This document shows positions 58,316-64,000 of a stretch of 64,000 nt of DNA, one piece after another. The stretch is from Solirubrobacterales bacterium (GTDB taxonomy: Bacteria; Actinomycetota; Thermoleophilia; Solirubrobacterales; Thermoleophilaceae), in the NCBI GenBank assembly GCA_038215095.1, contig JBBQRG010000003.1:170-64169 (forward strand), read 5' to 3'. The translations under genes and the position numbers were made by a program. Numbering within the stretch: position 1 is the stretch's first letter; each line of letters starts with the position of its first letter. The notes under the pieces were generated by a model. The model was not told where the DNA came from. It did not search any database and was given only the letters and a program-made list of their open reading frames with translations.

Positions 58316-59302
58316 TCAGGCGTGCTGCTCGCGGTCGGCGCCGCCGCCGCTGTGAACCTGATCTGAAGGCCGGTCCGCGGCCGACTCCGGCTCGAGGTGG
58401 ATCAGCACGTCGGCGCCGCGGAGGTGCCGCTTGATCTCGGCCTGCAGCTCGTGGCTCACGTCGTGGGCGCGCTGCAGCGTGGTGCCGTCGCGGAACTGCA
58501 CGTGCATGTCCACGTAGCGGCGGCTGCCGGCGCGCCGCGCCCGCAGCTTGTGGAAGCCCGCGACCTCGCCGGGCGCCGCGGCGTCGATCGCCGTCCGCAC
58601 CGCCTCGAGCTCGTCCTGTGGCAGCGCCTCGTCCACAAGCACCCTCCCGGAGCGATTCAGGATGCGAATGCCCGAGTAGACGATCGCCACCGCCACGACC
58701 AGCGCGACCGCGGGGTCGAGCTGCTGGATACCCGTGACCTGGACGAGCACGAGCGCCACCAGCACCCCGAACGAGGTGCCGGCGTCGGTGCGCAGGTGCG
58801 CGGCGTCGCCCTCCAGCGCCGGAGAGTCCGTCGCGCGAGCCTTGCGCGACAGATAGGTGGACACGGCCAGGTTGGCGACGCCGGAGAAGCCGATCACAGC
58901 AATGCCGAAGCCGAGCTTCTCGACCTCCGCCCCCGACGCCAGGCGCCGCGCCGACTCGAACACGATCACCGCGGCGCCGACGAGGATCAGCATGCCCTCG
59001 ATCGCCGCGGCCAGGTTCTCCACCTTCTGGTGGCCGTAGGGGTGCGACTCGTCGGCGGGCTCGTCGGCCTTCCGCACCGAGAAGAAGGCGATCACGGAGG
59101 CGAGCAGGTCGATCGAGGAGTGGATTGCCTCGGTCACGATCGCGATCGAGCCGGTGATCAGGCCGGCGGCGAGCTTGAGCGCGATCAGCAGCGAGTTCGA
59201 CAGGATCGAGACGGCCGCCGCGCGCGTCTTCGTGGGTGCCGGAGCGGAGCCGCTCGGGCCCGGCGCGTTCACGATTCCACTCCTCGAGAAGAGGTGGCTC
59301 AC
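58316..59302 (-). CDS. Cation diffusion facilitator (CDF) family metal efflux transporter
   Basis: 328 aa from the GTG that overlaps the rdgB stop. Motifs SIAIVTEAIHSSIDLL and HLRTDAGTS, plus a C-terminal cytoplasmic domain. An alternative internal GTG start is possible. Confidence 0.85.
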   Translation of the reverse strand: MSHLFSRSGIVNAPGPSGSAPAPTKTRAAAVSILSNSLLIALKLAAGLITGSIAIVTEAIHSSIDLLASVIAFFSVRKADEPADESHPYGHQKVENLAAAIEGMLILVGAAVIVFESARRLASGAEVEKLGFGIAVIGFSGVANLAVSTYLSRKARATDSPALEGDAAHLRTDAGTSFGVLVALVLVQVTGIQQLDPAVALVVAVAIVYSGIRILNRSGRVLVDEALPQDELEAVRTAIDAAAPGEVAGFHKLRARRAGSRRYVDMHVQFRDGTTLQRAHDVSHELQAEIKRHLRGADVLIHLEPESAADRPSDQVHSGGGADREQHA

Positions 59303-59940
59303 TTCGGCCTTCTCCGCTTGCGCTCGCCGAACTCGAACGGGTTGCGCAACCTGGGCAGCCCGGGCTCGAGCCTGTTGAGCTTCTCGCGAAGCTGGCGCGC
59401 CGCCCGCCCGCGATGGCTGATGGCGTGCTTCTCGTCGGGCGAGAGCTCGGCCATCGTGCGGCCGTCGTCGCGGTCGGCCGGCACGAACGCCGGGTCGTAG
59501 CCGAAGCCGCCGTCGCCGCGCGGCTCGTGGGTCAGCTCGCCCTCGCAGCGGCCCTCCACCACGATCTCCTGGCCGCCCGGCTCCACGTACACGAGCACGC
59601 ACACGTAGGCCAGGCCCGGGTCGGCGCCGGGCGGCACGTCGCGCAGCAGCTTCTCGAGGTTCTCCTCGTCGCTGGCGCCATCGCCGGCGAAGCGGGCGCT
59701 GAACACCCCGGGCGCTCCGCGCAGCGCGGCCGACTCGATGCCGGAGTCGTCGGCCACCGCCGGCATCCCCGTGGCGGCGGCCGCGGCCCGGCCCTTGATC
59801 AGCGCGTTGGCCTTGAAGGTGGTGCCGGTCTCGGGCGGTAGCTCTACGCCCGCCGGCAGCGGCTCGAGCTCGTGCGGGCGCATCAGGTCGCCCAGCTCGC
59901 GGACCTTGTGCTCGTTCCTCGTCGCCAGCACCAGCCGCAT
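59299..59940 (-). CDS. rdgB: Non-canonical purine NTP pyrophosphatase (RdgB/HAM1)
   Basis: 213 aa: LVLATRNEHKVREL, FGYDPAF, KHAISHRGRA. Confidence 0.92.
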   Translation of the reverse strand: MRLVLATRNEHKVRELGDLMRPHELEPLPAGVELPPETGTTFKANALIKGRAAAAATGMPAVADDSGIESAALRGAPGVFSARFAGDGASDEENLEKLLRDVPPGADPGLAYVCVLVYVEPGGQEIVVEGRCEGELTHEPRGDGGFGYDPAFVPADRDDGRTMAELSPDEKHAISHRGRAARQLREKLNRLEPGLPRLRNPFEFGERKRRRPK

Positions 59941-59947
59941 GGGCGCC

Positions 59948-60682
59948 TCAGCCCGCGGCGGCGCCGACGGCGTCCTGCTGCGCGCCGCGCAGGCGCTCGA
60001 TGCCCGCGGCGGCCAGCGCCAGCAGCTCGTCCAGCGAGGCGCGCGAGAGCGGCGTGCGCTCGGCAGTGGCCTGGACCTCGACGAGCCCGTCGTCGCCGGT
60101 CATGACCACGTTGGCGTCGACCTCGGCGGTCGAGTCCTCGGAGTAGTCGAGGTCGAGCAGCGCCACACCGCCGACGACACCGCACGAGACAGCGGCCACC
60201 GACTGGGTGAGCGGCACGCGGTCGAGCTTGCCCTCGCCGACCAGACGACGCAGCGCCAGCTCGAGCGCCACGTAGCCGCCGGTGATGGCCGCGCAGCGCG
60301 TGCCGCCGTCGGCCTCCAGCACGTCGCAGTCGATCCAGACCGTGCGCTCCCCGAGCGCCTTGAAGTCGATCACCCCGCGCAGCGAGCGGCCGATCAGCCG
60401 CTGGATCTCCACCGAGCGGCCATCGGGCCGTCCCTTCGACACGTCGCGCTTCTTGCGGTCGCCGGTTGAGGCCGGGAGCATCCCGTATTCCGCCGTGACC
60501 CAGCCGCGGCCCTTACCCATCATCCAGCGCGGCACCTCCTCCTCGACCGAGGCCGTGCAGATCACGCGCGTGCCGCCCGCGGCGATCAGCGCCGAGCCGG
60601 TGGCTGTGCTCACGAAGCCGGTCTCGATCGTGATCTCGCGCAGGTCGCCGGGGCCGCGGCCGTCGTTGCGGGTGTCGCTCAC
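59948..60682 (-). CDS. rph: Ribonuclease PH
   Basis: 244 aa from GTG (VSDTRNDGRGPGDLREI). Also GTRVICTASVEE and DGGTRCAAITGG. The GTG overlaps the murI stop. Confidence 0.95.
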   Translation of the reverse strand: MSDTRNDGRGPGDLREITIETGFVSTATGSALIAAGGTRVICTASVEEEVPRWMMGKGRGWVTAEYGMLPASTGDRKKRDVSKGRPDGRSVEIQRLIGRSLRGVIDFKALGERTVWIDCDVLEADGGTRCAAITGGYVALELALRRLVGEGKLDRVPLTQSVAAVSCGVVGGVALLDLDYSEDSTAEVDANVVMTGDDGLVEVQATAERTPLSRASLDELLALAAAGIERLRGAQQDAVGAAAG

Positions 60683-61521
60683 GCGGCCCGCCTCACGCCG
60701 CCGAGCTCGACCTCCACGTGGCCGACCTCCTCGATCGGCAGCTGCAGGAAGCGGGTGCCGAGGCGCCTGAACGCCGCCGGGTCGCCCGAGGCGAGGAAGC
60801 GGTAGTTGCCCCTGCGGTCCGGATCGTTCTCGAGCCCCGCCGCGCGCAGCTCGGCCTCGACCTCGGCGGCGATCGCCTCGCCCGAGCTGACGATCGACAC
60901 GCCGCGCCCGAGCTCGCGCTGGAGCACGGGCCGCACGAGCGGATAGTGGGTGCAGCCGAGGATCACCGTGTCCACGCCCGCTGCCTTGAGCGGCCGGCAG
61001 GCGCCCTCGACGCAGGCGACCACGCGGCCGTCCACCTCGCCGCCGAGCTGGATCAGCGGCGCGAGCTCGGCGCTCGGGACGGCGTGCAGCTCGGCATGCG
61101 GGGCGACCTCGGCGAGGGCGCGTTCGTACGCGCCGCTCTCCACCGTCGCGGGCGTGGCGAGCAGCCCGACGCGTCCGCTGATCGTGGCCTTCGCCGCCAG
61201 GCGCGACTCGGGCCGCACCACACCCACAACCGACACCCGCCCCGCCAGCTCGGCCCGCAGCACCGGGAGCGCTGCAGCGGTGGCCGAGTTGCAGGCCACG
61301 ACGAGCAGCTTCGCGCCCTCGGCCAGGAGGATCTCCGCGAGCTCGCGAGCGAAGGCCAGCAGTTGGCCCGGCTCGCGGTCGCCATAGGGGAAGCGCGCGG
61401 TGTCGCCCAGGTAGAGAAAGTCCTCGTGCGGAAGCGACACGAGGCACTCGTGCAGGACCGTGAGGCCGCCGACCCCGGAGTCGAAGACGGCGACCGGAAG
61501 CGATCGCTCGGAAGGCGCCAC
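60679..61521 (-). CDS. murI: Glutamate racemase
   Basis: 280 aa from GTG (VAPSERSLPVAVFDSGVGGLTV). Catalytic Cys motifs VVACNSAT and LGCTHYP. Confidence 0.93.
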   Translation of the reverse strand: MAPSERSLPVAVFDSGVGGLTVLHECLVSLPHEDFLYLGDTARFPYGDREPGQLLAFARELAEILLAEGAKLLVVACNSATAAALPVLRAELAGRVSVVGVVRPESRLAAKATISGRVGLLATPATVESGAYERALAEVAPHAELHAVPSAELAPLIQLGGEVDGRVVACVEGACRPLKAAGVDTVILGCTHYPLVRPVLQRELGRGVSIVSSGEAIAAEVEAELRAAGLENDPDRRGNYRFLASGDPAAFRRLGTRFLQLPIEEVGHVEVELGGVRRAA

Positions 61522-61557
61522 GGCCGAACATGGTCGCAGGCGCCGCGGCGCGCGTCC

Positions 61558-61585
61558 GGGCAGCGGGCAGCGGGCAGCGGGCAGC
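61558..61585. repeat. Heptanucleotide microsatellite (GGGCAGC)x4
   Basis: Four perfect 7-nt units starting 37 nt upstream of the murI GTG (read as GCTGCCC on the gene strand). Confidence 0.9.
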
Positions 61586-61607
61586 GAAGGTCGGATCGCC
61601 ACCGGTC

Positions 61608-61650
61608 GCGTCGGGGGCGCGGACCTCCGCGGGCAGCCCGCTCGCCTCAC
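61608..61650 (+). repeat. Partial or variant copy of the dispersed GC-rich repeat
   Basis: GCGTCGGGGGCGCGGACCTCCGCGGGCAGCCCGCTCGCCTCAC aligns with the 5' ~40 nt of the copies at 28388 and 13600. Confidence 0.55.
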
Positions 61651-61656
61651 CGCGCG

Positions 61657-61724
61657 CTGGAGAGCGCGCCCGCGAAGCGGGAGGCTCTCCAGAGGAAGGT
61701 GGAATTCTCAGAATTCCACCTTCC
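61657..61724 (-). terminator. Two adjacent strong hairpins at the 3' end of the flp gene
   Basis: 61694-61724 is a perfect 14-bp stem, GGAAGGTGGAATTC / GAATTCCACCTTCC, with a 3-nt loop that is the flp stop codon. 61657-61692 is CTGGAGAGC...GCTCTCCAG enclosing CCCGC-GAA-GCGGG. Confidence 0.6.
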
Positions 61725-61929
61725 GCACCGCGTCCTTGATCTTGCCGATGATCGCGTCGCCGAGCTCCTGGCCCTGGTCGGTCTTGAAGCCCTTCATGGC
61801 GGCCACCACGCCCGCCATCACCAGGGCCACCAGCAGGATCAAGGCGACGTACTCGACCGTTCCCTGGCCGGTCATGTCGTGGCGCAGTCGCAGAACCGCC
61901 GCGTGTCCGCGGCCCATCAGGCGATACAT
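61708..61929 (-). CDS. flp: Flp-family type IVb pilin (Flp/Fap prepilin)
   Basis: 73 aa from the ATG preceded by GGGAGGTGGAG. Charged leader MYRLMGRGHAAVLRLRHDMTGQG, then Flp motif TVEYVALILLVALVMAGVVAA. The longer track ORF was trimmed. Confidence 0.8.
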   Translation of the reverse strand: MYRLMGRGHAAVLRLRHDMTGQGTVEYVALILLVALVMAGVVAAMKGFKTDQGQELGDAIIGKIKDAVRKVEF

Positions 61930-62003
61930 GGATCTCCACCTCCCGTTGCGTTGACGATGGGAGGCAGCTTCCGCCGGCGCGACCGACCGATCCATACGCG
62001 TGT

Positions 62004-62378
62004 GTGACAACTTGGAGCGTCGTGACGACGCTCCTGGTGGCAATCGGTGGCCTGCTCGGAGTGCTGACGCGCTTCGGCATCTCACGCCTCACGCTCCACC
62101 ACGACAGCCTGCTGTGGGCCACCGTCGGCATCAACCTCGCCGGTTCCTTCATGCTCGGACTGCTGGTAGCCGAGCCGTGGTTCTCGCGTGACCTGCGCGA
62201 GGGCATCGGCGTCGGCTTCCTCGGCGGCCTCACGACGTTCTCGACCTTCTCGGTGCAGGCAGTGATGGAGGTCGACTCCGGCCGCCCCCAGACCGCCGCC
62301 CTATACGTAGCCGTGTCCGTCGCCGGTGGCCTCGCGGCAGCGGCCGCCGGCTTCTGGCTGGGCCGACGGCTGCGCTGA
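62004..62378 (+). CDS. crcB: Fluoride ion channel CrcB/Fluc
   Basis: 124 aa with four TM segments: GGLLGVLTRF and FLGGLTTFSTF. GTG start at 62004, or alternatively 62022. Confidence 0.88.
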   Translation: MTTWSVVTTLLVAIGGLLGVLTRFGISRLTLHHDSLLWATVGINLAGSFMLGLLVAEPWFSRDLREGIGVGFLGGLTTFSTFSVQAVMEVDSGRPQTAALYVAVSVAGGLAAAAAGFWLGRRLR

Positions 62379-62397
62379 CAGTCGGTACGTTCCGCCC

Positions 62398-64000
62398 ATG
62401 TGCGGAATCGGAGCCATCCTCGACCCCGGCGGGGGCGCCCACCCCGAGGCTGGGCGGCGGATGGTCGAGGCCCTGCGTCACCGCGGGCCCGACGGCGACG
62501 GCGTCACGAAGCTCGGCCCGGTCACGCTCGCGCACACGCGGCTGGCGATCATCGACGTGGCGGGGGGCGACCAGCCGCTCAGCTCCGAGGACGGCGCCGT
62601 CACGGCGATCGTGAACGGGGAGATCTACAACCACCGCGAGCTGCGCTCCCAGCTCGAGGCGCGCGGCCACCGCTTCGCGGCCGGCTCCGACTGCGAGGTC
62701 GTGGTGCACGCCTACGAGGAGCACGGGCTCGACTTCGTCAGGCGGCTGAACGGCATTTTCGCGCTCGCCCTCTGGGACGCGAACACCCACCGCCTGGTCG
62801 CCGCGCGCGACCACTTCGGGGTCAAGCCGCTGTACTGGCTGCGCGACGGCCGCCGGCTGGCGCTCGCCTCCGAGGTGGGAGCGCTGCTGAACGCGGGCCT
62901 CGTCCGCGCGCGCGTGGACCCGGTCGCACTAGACCACTACCTGGCCTGCCGCTTCGTGCCCGCGCCGCGCACACTCTTCGAGGGCGTGAGCAAGCTGCCC
63001 GCCGCCTCGCTGCTGGTGGTCCCCGAGGACGGGCCGCCGCACGTGAGGAGCTACCGGGAAGCGCCCGGCGCCCGGCTGCGAGACGGCGAGGAGGAGCTGG
63101 CCGACGCGCTGGCGGGGCACTTCGTGGACGCCGTGGAGCGGCAGATGATGTCCGACGTGCCCTACGGCGAGCTGCTGTCGGGCGGGGTCGACTCGGCCGC
63201 CGTCGCCGCCGCGATGGCGCAGCGCTCCGCCGGCCCACCCCACACCTTCACGATCGGCTTCCCGGGCGCGGGACCCGAGTACGACGAGCGGGCGGCAGCG
63301 GCGGAGACGGCCCGCGCGCTCGGCACCGACCACCACGACACGGCTATGGAGCAGACGGGCTTCCTGCAGGAGCTCGCGGCCAGCGTGCCGCGCCTGGAGG
63401 AGCCCTGCGGCATCCCCTCCGCGGGCGCGCTGATGCAGCTGTCGCGCTTCGCCGCGCGCGAGGTGAAGGTCGTGCTCGCGGGCCAGGGCGCCGATGAGCC
63501 CCACGGCGGATACGGCCGCCACCAGGCCGCGACCGTGCTCTCGCGCCTGAGGCTGTTCCCGCCGAGGATGGCCGCCCCCGCCCTCGCCGCGGCGAGCATC
63601 CTGCCGCGCGCGGCGAGTGCCCGCCGCATGGCACACATGCTCGGCGGCCGCGGTCCGTCCGAGCGGCTGATCCGCCTTGTGGAGATCACCGACCACCGCC
63701 AGCGCGCCGAGCTCACGGGCAGCGAGGGCAACGCGGCCGAGGGCGAGCGGCTGGCGTCGGCGGGGGCGGTCCTGGCCGACGTCGGCGACCGCGACCTGCT
63801 GGAGCAGGCGCTCTACCTCGACACCCACATGTTCCTGCCCGACGGGATCCTCATCTGCAACGACAAGATGTCGATGGCGGCGAGCCTCGAGCTGCGCGTG
63901 CCCTTCCTCGACGTCGAGCTGATGCGCTTCGTGGAGCGCATCCCGGCCTCCATGCGCGTCGCCCCGCGCGCCGGCAAGAAGCTCCACCGCGAGGCGATGG
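62398..64000 (+). CDS. asnB: Asparagine synthase (glutamine-hydrolysing), 3'-partial (runs off the window)
   Basis: Translated by hand. MCGIGAILDPGGG...HRGPDG...RLAIIDVAGGDQP...NGEIYNH is the class II amidotransferase domain. PP-loop LLSGGVDSAAV is encoded at about 63174-63206. Absent from the ORF track because there is no stop in the window; the listed ORF 62400-63497 is an off-frame Arg-rich artefact. Confidence 0.9.
   Translation, partial: MCGIGAILDPGGGAHPEAGRRMVEALRHRGPDGDGVTKLGPVTLAHTRLAIIDVAGGDQPLSSEDGAVTAIVNGEIYNHRELRSQLEARGHRFAAGSDCEVVVHAYEEHGLDFVRRLNGIFALALWDANTHRLVAARDHFGVKPLYWLRDGRRLALASEVGALLNAGLVRARVDPVALDHYLACRFVPAPRTLFEGVSKLPAASLLVVPEDGPPHVRSYREAPGARLRDGEEELADALAGHFVDAVERQMMSDVPYGELLSGGVDSAAVAAAMAQRSAGPPHTFTIGFPGAGPEYDERAAAAETARALGTDHHDTAMEQTGFLQELAASVPRLEEPCGIPSAGALMQLSRFAAREVKVVLAGQGADEPHGGYGRHQAATVLSRLRLFPPRMAAPALAAASILPRAASARRMAHMLGGRGPSERLIRLVEITDHRQRAELTGSEGNAAEGERLASAGAVLADVGDRDLLEQALYLDTHMFLPDGILICNDKMSMAASLELRVPFLDVELMRFVERIPASMRVAPRAGKKLHREAM

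Noticed and set aside
58226-58366. 46-aa hydrophobic ORF on the plus strand (VPLSRISWLVTVGICLVAALLLILSGYSGYSGVLLAVGAAAAVNLI)
   Set aside because: Its 3' 51 nt overlap the C-terminal coding region of the convergent CDF transporter. It has no ribosome-binding site. The evidence is too weak to call it, although it could be a real micro-protein; Ribo-seq would decide.
61930-62003. Possible fluoride riboswitch (crcB motif) upstream of crcB
   Set aside because: Only a loose resemblance (GACGAUGG ... CCGCC) was seen. The conserved AACCGCC and CUGAUGA segments and the P1 complementarity are missing. The 74-nt gap must also hold the divergent flp promoter and ribosome-binding site. An Infernal search with RF01734 would settle it.
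62400-63497. 365-aa ORF listed in the track as the main ORF in this interval
   Set aside because: It is extremely Arg/Gly/Ala-rich and off-frame. The +1-shifted frame starting at ATG 62398 gives a clean asparagine synthase (MCGI..., SGGVDS) that runs to the window end.

Overview
Very GC-rich, gene-dense chromosomal segment of actinobacterial type. GC was judged by eye, not computed. The caa3-type oxidase and the rplM-rpsI-glmM-glmS and murI-rph-rdgB clusters suggest a deep-branching actinobacterium, but that is inference only. About 70 coding regions are supported, and most sit in long operons whose genes overlap by 1-4 nt (ATGA, GTGA, TTGA).

Main blocks, in order:
- Minus-strand pentose-phosphate operon: ROK glucokinase, tkt, fused tal-pgi, short gnd, zwf, opcA. 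A receiver-flavoprotein fusion precedes it.
- GMC oxidoreductase, SGNH hydrolase and Usp.
- Two abutting gene remnants that look like a deletion scar: a LuxR-type ATPase N-terminus and an N-terminally truncated FAD oxidase.
- Orphan receiver, second ROK kinase and galK, convergent with a short GH1, a Na+/solute symporter and a small membrane protein.
- caa3 cytochrome oxidase operon ctaC-ctaD-X-ctaE-(35 aa)-suhB. X is a soluble, internally duplicated protein.
- Cytochrome c-cupredoxin fusion lipoprotein coupled to a GT4 glycosyltransferase.
- Patch of hypothetical genes, including an orphan STAS protein.
- infA, cspA, and acpS-nnr-alr-cca-corA.
- rplM-rpsI-glmM-glmS. S9 carries a roughly 235-aa acidic repeat extension.
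- M23 peptidase and a decayed DUF559 gene next to a 74-nt palindrome.
- guaA/guaB3, pfkB-dac-lysM, pyrF, hup.
- Roadblock-like gene, 82-aa gene, tldD and pmbA as one operon.
- CDF-rdgB-rph-murI, an orphan Flp pilin, crcB, and asnB (runs off the window).

No rRNA, tRNA, CRISPR array or obvious mobile element was found. A roughly 64-nt GC-rich repeat recurs at least 5-6 times in intergenic spots. No recognisable defence, toxin or biosynthetic system is present. The most unusual items are:
- the soluble tandem-domain gene inside the cox operon;
- the roadblock-like genes coupled to tldD/pmbA;
- the S9 extension;
- the repeat family;
- the orphan Flp pilin with its stop codon in the loop of a perfect hairpin.

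All functional calls rest on motifs read by eye from the translations. No database search was run.
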